Assembly: GCF_006345805.1 (NCBI RefSeq)
Contig: NC_042998.1
Location: forward strand, 32,550,001-32,614,000
Direction of reading: 5' to 3'
Length of the DNA stretch: 64,000 nucleotides
Origin: Octopus sinensis
Lineage: Eukaryota
The position numbers and the translations under genes are program-made. The notes below the pieces were generated by a model. The model saw only the letters and a program-made list of their open reading frames with translations. It was not told the DNA's origin and ran no database searches. Position 1 is the stretch's first letter. Each line of letters begins with the position of its first letter. Below, one piece after another: positions 1 through 12,568 of the stretch.

Positions 1-180
1 AGAGGCAGACATCATATTTTAACCCATTAGGTCCCACTGACCTATAAGTAGGACCCTAAATGAGAACATTAAATAAGCTTTATCACATTGTCTCAGTGTC
101 CTAATCACAGGACACCGAGTATTTCCATTTCTAGAGGAGTTTTGATAATTATTTTTTTCCTTTTAAACTATTTTCAATCA

Positions 181-592
181 CACTCTTTTACTCTTTTATT
201 TGTTTCAGTCATTTGACTGCGGCCATGCTGGAGCACCACCTTTAGTCAAGCAAATCGACCCCAGGACTTATTCTTTGTAAGCCTAGTACTTATTTTATCG
301 GTCTCTTTTGTCGAACTGCTAAGTTATGGGGATGTAAACACACCAGCATCGGTTGTCAAGTGATGCTGGTGGGAGACAAACCAGATGCACAAACATATAC
401 ACACACATACATATATATACATACATATATATGATGGGCTTCTTTCAGTTTCCGTCTACCAAACCCACTCAGAAGGCTTTGGTTGGCCCGAGGCTATAGT
501 AGAAGACACTTGCCCAAGGTGCTATGCAGAGGGACTGAACCCAGAACCATGTGGTTTGTAAGCAGGCTACTTACTACACAGCCACTCCTACG
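181..592 (-). mobile_element. SINE family A (tRNA head, internal (TA)n/(TG)n, tail ending AGTAAAAGAG)
   Basis: Reverse complement of the ~400-bp repeat that recurs more than 15 times in the window; tRNA-like head with GGTTCAGTCCC B-box-like motif. Confidence 0.85.
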
Positions 593-1055
593 TAAAAATT
601 TGAAAGTAATATTCAGATATTCAAGTACTCTGGGACTTAAAGGGTTAAGCTCAATGGTGGATTTTGCCTCAGCTTTTATATGTGAACAACTTCATATACA
701 AACTATATTAATTCTGACAGTGTTTTATTAGTGGGAAAAAAAATGCTCGAGTAAATGTCTCTATTTACTGATTTTGACTGTTAGAATCTGTTTTGCCTTT
801 CATGTTTCTAATAAAGTACCAACATTATATAAGAGCAAGATCAGGTGATAACACATTTTTTTATTACAAAAGTTGTTCATGTTCAAAGCAAAAGATATGA
901 CTTATTATTAATAAAAAAATATTGATTGATATACGTATAACTATTGTTATATATTTAACTAATTATTGACACATCTTTTATGATCTTCTTTACTCAGAGT
1001 AAAGAAAAGGATTATAATCAGCCTTATTTTAACATTAATTTTTGAATTTACAGTA

Positions 1056-1448
1056 TGCAGCCTACCCTGGCACCTGTGCCGGTGGCACCTAAAAAGCACC
1101 ATCAGTATTTGGCCGATGCCAGCACTGCCTTGGCTGGCTTCTGTGTCGGTGGCACATAAAAACTACCAACTGATTGTGGCTGTTGCCAGCCTACCCTGGC
1201 ACCTGTGTCGGTGGCACGTAAAAAGCATCAACCGATCGTGGCTGTTGCCAGCCTCCCCTGGCATGTAAAAAGCACCCACTACACTCACGGAGTGGTTGGC
1301 GTTAGGAAGGGCATCCAGCTGTAGAAAGATTGCCAGATTAGACTGGAGTCTGGTGCAGCCTCCTGGCTTCCCAGACCCTGGTCGAACCGTCCAACCCATG
1401 CTAGCATGGAAAACGGACATTAAACGATGATGATGATGATGATGATGA
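1056..1448 (+). mobile_element. RTE LINE 3'-UTR fragment ending in (GAT)n
   Basis: Matches the 3' end of the full-length RTE (51500-51834): GGCACGTAAAAAGCACC modules ... CCAACCCATGCTAGCATGGAAAACGGAC, then the (GAT)n tail. Confidence 0.85.
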
Positions 1449-1884
1449 CAGTATCGAATACACCAGCACTTCTTAAACATTTTTCACTCATGACCCCATT
1501 TTTCTTCACAAGATTTTTTGCGACACCAGGAATTAGATATGAAACAAAACATACAAATATATGCATAAATCATTCATTTTTTTGTTTTGTTTTGCTGAAC
1601 ATATAAGAAAAAGTAGTTATATTATTCGTCAAAATAAAAGTAGTTTTAGGATTTGTGCATTTGTGAAATAACAGCTAAATGGAAATTCAAATGCTTGAAT
1701 TTAATTTTCGCGACCTCAGCATTTCGCTTTGTGACTCCATTCGGGGTCATGACTCACACTTTAAGAAGCACTGGAATAGATTATCAGATGTTGTTGTACA
1801 TGCTGGTCATGGTATGCTTCACACTGGTCAAAGTGTGGTGGGAGAGAATTGCAGACATAAGAACTTATGATATATACATATCAT

Positions 1885-2259
1885 ACAGGTGTGGTAAGAA
1901 GCTTGCTTCTCAACCACATGGTTCCGGGTTCAGTCCCACTGCATGGCACCTTGAGCAAGTGTCTTCCACTATAGCCTCGGGCCGACGAAAGCCTTGTGAG
2001 TGGATTTGGTAGATGGAAACTGAAAGAAGCCCATCGTATATATATATATATATACGTATTTGTGTCTGTGTTTGTCCCCCCAACATTGCTTGATAACCAA
2101 TGGTAGTGTGTTTACGTCCCCCATAACTTAGCGGTTTGGTTGAAGAGAGCAATAGAATAAGTACTAGGCTTACAAAGAATAAGTCCTGGGGTAAATTTGC
2201 TTGACTAAAGGTGGTGCTCCAGCATGGCCACAGTCAAATGACTGAAACAAGTAAAAGAG
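1885..2259 (+). mobile_element. SINE family A
   Basis: Head TGTGGTAAGAAGCTTGCTT to tail AGTAAAAGAG. Confidence 0.85.
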
Positions 2260-2265
2260 AATAAT

Positions 2266-2640
2266 GCAGCTGTGGTAAGAAGCTTGCTTCCCAACCAAAT
2301 GGTTCTGAGTTCAGTCCCACTGCATGGAACCCTGGGCAAGTGTCTTCTACTATAGTCTCAGGCCAACCACAGCCTTGTGAGTGGATTTGGTAGATGGAAA
2401 CTGAAAGCCTGTCATATATATATATATGTTTTTGTGTCTGTTTGTCCCGTTACCATCGCTTGACAACTGATATTGGTGTGCTTATGTTCCCATAACCTAG
2501 CGGTTCAGCAAAACAGACCAATAAAATATGTACTAGGCTTACAAAGAATAAGACCTGGTGTTGGTTTGTCTGACTAAAAGTAGTGCTCCAGCATGACTGC
2601 AGTCAAATGACTGAAACAAGTAAAAGAATGAAAGAATATA
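2266..2640 (+). mobile_element. SINE family A (directly after the previous copy)
   Basis: Same head, body and tail as 1885-2259. Confidence 0.8.
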
Positions 2641-2717
2641 TATATATCAGGGTCTTCTTTCAGTTTTCATCTACCAAATTCGCTCACAAGGTTTTGGTCA
2701 ACTCATGGATATAGTAC

Positions 2718-2950
2718 AAGGTGGCGAACTGGCAGACACGTTAGCGTGCCGGGCGAAATGCTTAGCAGTATTTCGTCTGTCGTTATGTTCTGAGTTCAAA
2801 TTCTGCCAAGGTTGACTTTGCCTTTCATCCTTTCGGGGTCGATAAAATAAAGTACCAGTTTCGCACTGGGGTTGATGTAATCGATTTAATCCCTTTGTCT
2901 GGCCTTGTTTGTCTCCTCTAAGTTTAGCCCCTTGTGGGCAATAAAGAAAT
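2718..2950 (+). mobile_element. SINE family B (~230 bp, tRNA head) inserted in a degenerate SINE A
   Basis: GGCGAACTGGCAG head, B-box GAGTTCAAATT, tail AATAAAGAAAT; 9-bp TSD ATATAGTAC (2709-2717 / 2951-2959). Confidence 0.85.
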
Positions 2951-3524
2951 ATATAGTACGAGGGCCCTTACCCTAGGTGTCAAGTAGTGGGACTGACCCT
3001 GGATCCATGTGGTTGGGAAACAAACTTCTTACCACACAGTCACACTTGCTATGGTTGCTATTTTTAATATTAGTGACTTTACGGCAGTTGCATTCGATGT
3101 TGTTGTTGTTGTTGTTCATGATATATGGTTTTTAATGATGTTGCTGAGGTGAGATTTATGGAAATACTTTATTTTATATTATTGTCTTTGTTATTTTCTT
3201 TGTAACTGTTGTTGTTGCTTGGAAAAAAGACAGGAAATGAGAAATGTTTCGAAGGCAACAAAAAAAAGCAACAAGAAAAAGCAAAAAACAAAAAAAAGAT
3301 CAAATATTAGCAATAGAAATTTAACATTGTTGTTCTTGTTGCTGTTTATATTATCGTAAATATTGTTCTAGCTTGTCCATACCAACTTATTTTCAGATGT
3401 AGTATATCAAGGACTACACAATATTGTGTACATAGTCCTTTTTAAGACAACAGAATGTCATTTGAAGGAGAGTAACTGTTATTTTTAGCTAGTTAAGTGA
3501 CTACTTAGAGGCTCCCTCATTGGA

Positions 3525-3920
3525 TTGCTGATGTTAATGTTATCAAAGAAGCTTGAGAGGCGGTTGGATGGAACTTACACTCGCCTCCTTATGAAAGCTC
3601 AAAATCTCTCGTGGAAGCATCATCCAACCAAAGTACAAATATATGGGAAATTACCACCTGTATCATCTCTTGTGAAAGGTAGAAGAGTCCAGTTTGCTGG
3701 ACATTGTTGTAGAGCTGAGAACGAGGTAATTTCTACTCTTCTCCTCTGGAAACCATCTGCTCGTGATACCAGACGGCGCACACTCTCCTACCCTGATGTA
3801 ATCTCCAGGGATACAGGCATCCAGCAACAGGACCTCCATAATGCTATAATGGGCCGCGAAGTCTGGCATAACATAGTAAATTCCATTGTCTCGACCACGG
3901 TCGAACAATGATGATGATGT
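3525..3920 (+). pseudogene. 5'-truncated RTE-clade LINE, C-terminal ORF fragment (second RTE family)
   Basis: ORF peptide LDGTYTRLLMKAQNLSW...RRVQFAGHC...LLLWKP is typical of the RTE ORF2 C-terminus; followed by a (GAT)n tail. Confidence 0.8.
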
Positions 3921-4734
3921 TAATGTTTAGCCCCAGGTCAGCCCTGATCAAGCAGAGCAATGATTAAATGGATTCCAGAAATGATCATTTCATCTTTTTC
4001 CTTCTATTTCTTCAGACCAAATGTATCAAAACCACATCACCCAATCTGTATATTTTTTTGTTTGTTTTATTAAAGATGTTAGAGTGTGTTTTGAGGAGAT
4101 TTGGCTGCTATGTCTAGCAGGTCAAAGAAGCTCTATCAGTGGCTTGTGACACACATATGCTGTTGTGAGGTGAAGAAATTTGTAGATATTGCAGGAGGTC
4201 TAATTAAAATGTATTGGGACTTTTGCAATGGCAACAGAGTTAAAATATGCAGAGTGAAGCCACTTTGGCACTGATTGACCTTCATCTCGGTTGTGCCTGC
4301 ACACAAAGTTATAACATTCCAGTACTCAGAGTTACTCATTTCTGATCACGAGCGAGTAAACCATGCCTACTTTTCTTTTGAAATATTTGCTGTTTCAATA
4401 TATATATATATGTATATATGTATACCAATGTGTGTTTGTCTTTGTGTCTGTGTTTGTTACCCGCCACCATTTGAGAACCGATGTTGGTGTGTTTATGTCC
4501 TCAGAGACCAATGAAATAAGTACCAGACTTTAAAAACAAACTAAGTATTAGGGTTGATTTGTTCAGCTAAAATTCTTCAAGGCTGTGCCCCAGCAGGGCC
4601 AAAGTCTAATGACTGAAACAAGTAAAAGATAGAAGATATAAAAGATGATAGCAATGTATAAGTAATAAAAATTTCATTTAATGCCAGGAAATTTCCAAAT
4701 CTAGCATCAAAATTATCTAAGAATATATACTCTA

Positions 4735-5092
4735 GGTACAAAACCCAAAAACTGGGGGGAGGGGACTAGTCAATTGCATCGACCCCCAGTGTTCAACTGG
4801 ACCTTAATTTTTCAACCCCAAAAGAATGAAAGGCAAAGTTGACCTCAGCGGAATTTGAACTCAGAATGTAAAGACATGAAATTCCTCCATCTATACTACC
4901 CACAAGGGGCTAAACACAGAGGAAACAAACAAGGACAGACAAACGGATTAAGTTGATCATATCAACCCAGTGTGTAACTGGTACTTATTTAATCGAGCCC
5001 GAAAGCATGAAAGGCAAAGTCGACCTCGGCGGAATTTGAACTCAGAATGTCATGGCAGACGAAATATCGCTAAGCATTATGCCCAGCATGTG
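4735..5092 (-). mobile_element. SINE family B, degenerate tandem dimer
   Basis: Two successive GAAAGGCAAAGT(T/C)GACCTC..GAATTTGAACTCAG blocks. Confidence 0.7.
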
Positions 5093-6027
5093 TCTAAGTA
5101 TATATATTAATATGTGGTTAATTAGCCAAATATCATTTAGGTTAGGATACTTTAATGATCACTAAAATGGTGTCATCTTCCTGTTATGATACTGCCTAAA
5201 AATGGCATAACTCATTGTTGAATGGTTAGAGTGGAAATAGCTCCAACCAGCTGCAAATGACAATTGTCCCAATAATTCTGCAATGCATTTTTGCTTATAA
5301 CATTGGAATCTGATAATTCAAATTTAGAAATAATTGTTAAAAGAGACATCATCATCATCATCATCACCATCATCATCAGATTATCTTCAAACCAATTTCA
5401 AATATATGTGTGATTACATATGTTTCCCGTTGATTTATTTATTTTTTTTGTTCTGTTTAGCAGCAAATTAGTTGAGTCATCAGATAGAACTCTTCTATAA
5501 TCAACTTCGCCTTTCATCCCTTCTGGGTCAATAAATAAAGTAAAAGTCACGTATGAGAGATTATTCTTGTCTGTCTGTCTGTCTGTCTCTCTTTCTCCAT
5601 CTCACAGTAATCGATTATATTGCATTGTGAGAAAATCATGGGTTACCATTCTTAATACCTGTGATGTCAGAAAGGAGAAGAATCCTTATCCAGAGAGCTT
5701 GGAAGGGAAACCCACACTCAGATCAGATGGAGAGCAATTGTTTTTCGCAATTATGTGTTTGGCCTGCTCTAACAAAAAAAAAATACATAAAGAAAAGAAA
5801 CCCGTTTGATTAAGGGAACACAAAAAGACCAATAAAAGTTCTGTGCCATATTCAAATAGTCAAACAAAAGCTTCAATTAAAAAAGATTATTGTAAACGTT
5901 TCTGGAAGTGTATTTCCACTCTTAATTAATTATGACAACATCGGATATGATGTCATTTGTTATTGCAGCCTGTTCCCAACAACAAGGAACTATTAACAGA
6001 AGGTTTTTGTTCATATCTCCTGTTTTT

Positions 6028-6445
6028 TCTTTGTTTCAGTCATTAAATTGCAGCCAAGCTGGGGCACTGCCTTGTAGAATTTTAGCTGAAAGAATTGGTC
6101 CCCATACATTTTTAAAAAATAAAGTCAGATACTTTTTCTATTGGTCTCTTTTGCTAAACCACTAAACTATGAGAACATAAATAAACCAACACCAGTTGTC
6201 AAGTGGTGGTAGGAGAGAAACACGATGGGCTTCTTTCAGTTTCCATCAATCAAATCTACTCACAAGGCTTAGGAGGCATAGGAGTAGCTGTGTGGTAAGT
6301 AGCTTGCTTACCAACCACATGGTTCCGGGTTCAGTCCCACTGCGTGGCACCTTGGGCAAGTATCTTCTACTGTAGCCTCAGGTCGACCAAAGCCTTGTGA
6401 GTGGTTTTGGTAGATGGAAACTGAAAGAAGCCCATCGTATATATG

Positions 6446-6499
<54 letters not shown>

Positions 6500-6845
6500 A
6501 TATATGTTTGTGTGTCTGTGTTTGTCTCCCCTCTCCAACATCGCTTGACAACTGATACTAGTGTGTTTACGTCCCTGTAACTTCGCGGTTCGGCAAAAGA
6601 GACCAATAGAATAAGTACTAGGCTTACAAAGAATAAGTCCTGGGGTCAATTTACTTGACTAAAGGCGGTGCTCCAGCATGGCCAGAGTCAAATGACTGAA
6701 ACAAGTAAAAGCGTAAAAAGAGTAAGGCTTTGCTGAGCCCAAAACTATAGTAAAAGAGACTTGTCCAAGGTTCCACACACTGAGACTGAACCTGGAACCA
6801 TGAGGTTGGGAAGCAAACCTCTTACCACACAGCCACACCAGCCAC
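6028..6845 (-). mobile_element. SINE A host copy interrupted by another SINE A
   Basis: Tail part 6028-6270 and head part 6724-6845 are collinear on the minus strand. Confidence 0.75.
6271..6723 (+). mobile_element. SINE family A nested in a SINE A
   Basis: Full copy; 7-bp TSD AAGGCTT (6264-6270 / 6724-6730). Confidence 0.85.
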
Positions 6846-7916
6846 TATGTATGACAACTTTACAAATCAGTGAATGCGTACGAGCATGATGTTAAAATAT
6901 CAGGATGTCAACTAAAGGAAATATATGGAACCCACTTCAAGGCCTGTTATAAAATAATTGCTTTTTATGTTTAGGATATTTCCACAGAGAAGATATTTTA
7001 TGATAGCATTTGTTGGATAATGTTAGCCATTAAATCACGGAATGAGATAGGTATATAGTAAAAGGGAATGTAATGAGCTATTCTCTATTCTAAAAAAATA
7101 ATGCAATGCTGTGTTGGAAATTATGAATTATAAGTAAAAAATACAATAAGACCATAATTGTTTTTCATTCATTTATTTATTAACTAATTTAGTGGTATGG
7201 AGTGGAGTTGGTTGAGGTTTTTTTTTTTTTTTCAGTGTTTAGATTCGATTCAGCTGTATAAGGAGCTCATGTATCAAAACTTGGCAGCAAGTTCTTCTAT
7301 AAAAGCTGTCAGTAGACAGTTTTAGAAATGAGAGGGAGGGATTCTCCTTATTTCAATTTGTAGACAAGAATACAATAGAAATGATTCATAAACTTGTCAC
7401 TTTTGTTAGCACAAAGTAAAGGCGTCTGTCGGGGGGGGGGGGAAGAAAACTTGGAGATAAGGCAATTAATATTGTAGCAAAAGTAAAAAGAATAAACGGA
7501 CAACTTGAATTGAAGACTTCCTGCAAATGGTCGTGTTAATATCTACCTTCAGTGTCTGTCTGTCTGTATGTCTACTTAAATATTCTGGAATAAAGTGGGT
7601 TGTTTGGGGTTTTTTTTAAACCAATCTATTCGCAAGATCATAGAAAAAAAATAAATATGAACACCTCTTTTGACTTCTATTCGAAAGTTTATGAAAGCAA
7701 TTAATACTGATTTCCACAATTATTTATGTCAGATTATCTTCAAACCAATTGACGGTAGATAATAGAAGAATGTGATTGACATACTGTCACATCTTGTATT
7801 AGTTACATTTTTTATTTTTGTTAATGTTATGTCTGAATAACTCACACACTTTAGTTGCACTTTCAGAGTTTTGAAAGTTACAAATAAATTATTGAAATAT
7901 GTTTGGGATAGAAGGC

Positions 7917-8368
7917 TGTAGCGTATTTGATATCCTCACTGTTTGAGAAACACAATAAGAATGATCTCGTTTGAGATTACAGCCATCTTTGGCTGGTTTG
8001 ACCCTGTTGTGTCCACTAGTCTGATTGGTTGGTATGTGGCGCAATTTGTCTCTCTACTTATTTCATGCCACTTTGTAAAACAAGCCAATCACAGTCTTCG
8101 GATAGGATGCCTTCTTTGAGCCTACCACTGGCTATAAATAGGCTAGATTTTCACTATTCTTGGTCTTTCGACTTTAGATCTTCTAAGGTCTAGTCACTGA
8201 CCACAGAGCTACTCAGCCATGTTCCAGTTCCAACGACAAATCGTGCTAGATGCCAACCAATGAGATCACTGGACACAACAGGGTCAAACCAGCCAAAGAT
8301 GGCTGTAATCTCAAACGAGATCATTCTTATTGTGTTTCTCAAACATTGAGGATATCAGATATGCTACA
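7917..8368. mobile_element. Non-autonomous DNA transposon with ~135-bp TIRs, TGT...ACA ends (Ginger-like)
   Basis: 7917-8050 is the near-perfect inverse of 8235-8368; 4-bp TSD AGGC on both sides. Confidence 0.75.
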
Positions 8369-8689
8369 AGGCAATGTCTCAGTGATGTGAGATTTATAAT
8401 TAAAGATTATATGTAATAATTTTGTATTGTCTGGTGAGAAATACATAAGGGGGTGGCAATATACACAATTCTCCTGTATTTTGTTTTTTTTCTGTTTCTC
8501 AAGGATATGTCATGACATGCCTTTAGCATCATCTCTCTCCCTGTCACTCTCTTTATCTTACTCTCTAAATTCACTCACCTTTGTCTTTCTCCTGGGGTAT
8601 CTAGTGGTACCCACTTTACACCAAGGCACTTATCCTTGTATAGCTTAAATCTTTCAACTGGCACAAAACCATACACCTCACAGTACTAC

Positions 8690-9380
8690 TCCTCCCCACA
8701 CAGTCGAGGGGTTTTCATCTGGCAAGATATTTGTCGACCCTGTCAGTGCTGGTGCCATACAGAAAACACTGGTTGCTGGTGCCATGTAAAATGCACCAAG
8801 CACACAGTGTAAAGTGGATGGCATTAGGAAGGCCATCCAGCTGTAGGAACCATGCCAAAACAGACATGGAAATCTGATGTGGCATCTGACACTGTCAGCT
8901 CTTATTTCTTTATTGCCCACAAGGGGCTAAACATAGAGGGGACAAACAAGGACAGACAAATGGATTAAGTCGATTATATCGATCCCAGTGTGTAACTGGT
9001 ATTTAAATTATCGACTCCGAAAGGATGAAAGGCAAAGTCGACCTCGGCGGAATTTGAACTCAGAATGGAACGGCAGACGAAATACCTATTTCTTTACTAC
9101 CCACAAGGGGTTAAACACGGAGAGAATAAACAAGAACAGACAAACGTATTAAGTCGATTATATCGATCCCAGTGTTCAACTGGTACTTAATTTTTCAACC
9201 CCGAAAGGATGATAGGCAGAGTCGATCTCAGCAGAATTTGAACTCAGAATGTAATGGCAGACGAAATACCACAAAGCATTTTACCTGCCGTGCTAACGAT
9301 TCTGCCAACTCGCCACCTTGTCAGTTCTTGCCAAACCATCTAACCCATACCAACTTGGAAAACGGATGTTAAATGTTGTT
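8690..9380 (+). mobile_element. RTE 3'-UTR fragment split by a SINE B dimer
   Basis: GGCATTAGGAAGGCCATCCAGCTG before the SINE and AACCATCTAACCCATACCAAC after it. Confidence 0.65.
8903..9318 (-). mobile_element. SINE family B dimer
   Basis: Two units with ~184-bp period; junction at 9085/9086. Confidence 0.85.
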
Positions 9381-9389
9381 GCTGCTGCT

Positions 9390-9685
9390 GTTGAGCGCTG
9401 TTGATGTTGAGCGAAGCGTTCTTCGTTCCAATAGTGGGAGAAGTCCGAAACGTGGTCCTTTGCTATTCGTAAGACATGCAGAAAAGAAAGCAAGTCAACC
9501 GCTAATACCGAGAGCATCGATGGATGGATGAATGTGCATCCAGGCTCAGCGGTTGCAGGGGAAGTCGGGGACAAGAAACAGGAAGAAAGAGTGAGAGAAA
9601 GTTGAAGCGAAAGAGTACAACAGGGGTCGCCACCACCCCCTGTCAGAGCCTCATGGAGCTTTAGATGTTTTCGCTCAATGTTGCT
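9390..9685 (-). mobile_element. SINE family C (body plus tail type 1)
   Basis: Body ATTGAGCGAAAACA..GGTGGTGGCGACCCCTG..CAACTTTCTCTCACTC is shared with 26565-26730; tail is shared with 43620-43790. Confidence 0.7.
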
Positions 9686-10117
9686 GCTGCTGATGATGAT
9701 ATGAAAAGACTCACAGTGATAAGAAGAGAATGGCAGATGAATCCCCATTCACAATATTTGAGACATCTCAGACAGCATTGCGTTGTTGTAACCATAATCC
9801 CTGGCAGGAGCTACAGATAATTTTAGGTCACAGATTTTATCATTAGAATAAGAAGAAAGAAACAACTGGTCTTGACTATCAATTGTTGAGGAAAAAGTTT
9901 GAAAACTCTGTAAACTAGACACGACAAATTATTACAGGACCTGATATTTCTTACAAAAGAGGGTTTGGAAGAAGTCTTGTGAAATGTAAATACCAGAGTA
10001 TTTCAGACTGATGAGCGTTTGTAAGGAGAACAGAATTGTCGTATTGGAAATATGGCTTTATTCTACTTCTTTGAAAGATATGGTAGATAAATAATTTTCG
10101 CCAGTGAGTCGATCAAC

Positions 10118-10530
10118 ATCATCATCGTTTAATGTCCGTTTTCCATGCTAGCATGGGTTGGATGGTTTGACTGGGGTCTAGGAAGCCAGGAGACCGCACC
10201 AGGCTCCAGTCTGATCTGGAAGTGTGTCTACAGCTGGATGCCCTTCCTAACACCAGCCATTCTGTGAGTGTAGTGAGTGCTTTTTATGTGCCACCAGCAC
10301 AGGGGCCAGGGGAAGCTGGCAGTAGCCACTATCAGTTGGTACTTTTTACATGCCACTGGCATGGAAGACAGTCAAGGCGGCGCTGGCATCGGCCACGTTC
10401 AGATGGTGCTTTTTACGTGCCACCGGTACAAGTATCACAACTACAATTTCCATTTGATATTTATTTTGATGTTGATGTACTTGACTCAATAGGTCTCCTC
10501 AAGCACAGCAAGTTGCTTTATGATCCAAGG
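10118..10530 (-). mobile_element. RTE 3'-UTR-derived fragment
   Basis: (CAT)n followed by TTTAATGTCCGTTTTCCATGCTAGCATGGG, the inverse of the RTE 3' end. Confidence 0.8.
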
Positions 10531-11565
10531 TAAGCACAGGGCAACCTGCTGTATAAAAAATACATACATGAAGAGCATGCATATTTTTGTATAACCATGT
10601 ATACGCAAACAACATAAACATGCATAAACACAGCTCATTGCATTATGACAACATCTTGTCTAAATGGTATTCAAGTGGTTGATGGTTTGTAAAGGACTGT
10701 TAACCTTAAATTAAAAGCTGAAATAGAGTTTCAGTATAAGCATCTACAGTACATTTTGATCAGTTTGATCTTTGATTATTACCAAGGCATATTACGCCTT
10801 GATGTGTATCAGATTGAATTTAAAGCTCAGAGACTTTATTTCTCACAAATAGAAACACAATTGAGGTTATAACTTCAGATAATTTATATTTATCTTTCAA
10901 TAAAGGCAGCCATATTAAGCTGATGTCACAACTAGGTTCACTGATTGTATTAACAATAAGCATTACATGGACCGGTTCTTTTGTCCAAGATTCTGCAGTT
11001 ATTGTGTATCGGTTATGGGTGTTTCATTCCATAATGGAATCCTTTCTTGTACCAAATACATTCAATCATTCCTGACTTTGATGTTTTCTCCTCTCATTAA
11101 GAACCATCATAGTTGCTCTATTCTAACTTTTAAGAGCCTCTTAAATTTTCCTTTATAAGCCCTTCCATAAATGAACAGAAGATTATGGATACAGTCCTTA
11201 TGCACTATGCCATTCTTGGATAACTTTAACAAATTAAATTTATCCAAGGTTATTTTTGAATACAATTTCGATTCAATATATGTGTATATGCATGTGTGTA
11301 TGCTTCTACTTTTCTTTTCTTTCTTTTTTTTATTTGTTTCAGTCATTTGACTGTGGCCATGCTGGAGCACCGCCTTTAGTCGAGCAAATCGACCCCAGGA
11401 CTTATTCTTTGTAAGTCTAGTACTTATTCTATCGGTTTCTCTTGCTGAACTGCGAAGTGACAGGGATGTAAACACACTAGCATTGGTTGTCAAGCGATGT
11501 CAGGGGGACAGAGAAACACAGACACACAAACAAATACATGCATGCATATATATATATATATATAT

Positions 11566-11772
11566 ATAACGGGAAGCTTTATGAAAATAGACAAAAGACG
11601 AAGGCAGGTGGAAAACAAACGAACAATTGTATTAGTATGGCGCTCAGGAAATATAAATAAAACAAGTCTTTAACGTTTCGAGCCTACGCTCTTCAACAGA
11701 AAGATACACAGAGAGAAAAAAAACACAGAAAGAAGGAGAGAAAAAAAATGCGTGCAGTAGCTAACGAATCAA
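11566..11772 (-). mobile_element. Small non-autonomous Penelope-type element P2
   Basis: Homologous copies at 21337-21567, 57915-58102 and 63415-63577; abuts (TA)n; contains a hammerhead-like fold. Confidence 0.65.
11667..11704 (-). ncRNA. Minimal type-I hammerhead-like motif with variant core (P2)
   Basis: UCUUU-CUGUUGA-A-GAGC(GUAG)GCUC-GAAAC-GUU-AAAGA: stems I and II pair perfectly; core position 6 is U instead of A. Confidence 0.55.
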
Positions 11773-12568
11773 CATATATATATATATATACGACGGGCTT
11801 CTTTCAGTTTCCATCTACCAAATCCGCTCAAAAAGCTTTGGTCTGCCCGAGGCTATAGTAGAAGACACTTGCCCAAGGTACCACACTGTGGGACAGAACC
11901 CGGAACCATGTGGTTGGTAAGCAAGCTACTTACCACACAGCCACTCCTGTGCCTATGCTATTTATTTATTGTCCATTTTGTATATTTAGTTGTATGCTTT
12001 GATTGTGTCGTCTTTTTATCCACTGGAATGCTGCTTATTCTTGTATCATAATCATGTGTGGCAGTTATTTCGGACGTGAAAATATAATGTGTGTTAAATA
12101 AAGTCTTAAAAGTTTTGTGAAACAAACCTCCTTTTCCTGTTGTCTGCTTCTAGATATCAATGGCAGTCCCTCCTTAGGCAACTGTGGTTAATGCTTGAAT
12201 AAAATGGTTTTGAAAGGAAGATCTAAAAGACATCTTCACTCTATGAACGTCAAATATTATGATGATGGTGATGACAACAACAGCAATGATAATGATGATG
12301 ATGTCTTAAGCCTTGAGGCCTCAAACAATACAGAAAGAGTATAATGGACAAAATACGAATATGATGGAAATGGAGATGAGCATATAATAGGAAAACCAAA
12401 TAACAATAAAAGTCTAACAAACAAAATTCTTAAATAGGTAGGAGAGCTGGTTAGGGTCGGACAAGGAAACTCGTTACAACAAAAAGGCATTTCAGATTAT
12501 TTGTCTCTTCCTAACAGTTTGCCTTACTTAGAAAAAAACATTATGTTCTCAGACATATTAGAATACCT

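Larger units (their letters stand above)
11315..11950 (-). mobile_element. SINE A with a hammerhead element P2 inserted in its (TA)n
   Basis: Tail 11315-11560 and head 11780-11950 flank the P2 element. Confidence 0.8.

Noticed and set aside
5376-5397. 22-bp exact match to 7729-7750 (TCAGATTATCTTCAAACCAATT), considered as duplicated micro-exons
   Set aside because: No donor sites, and weak similarity continues downstream; more likely an old repeat fragment
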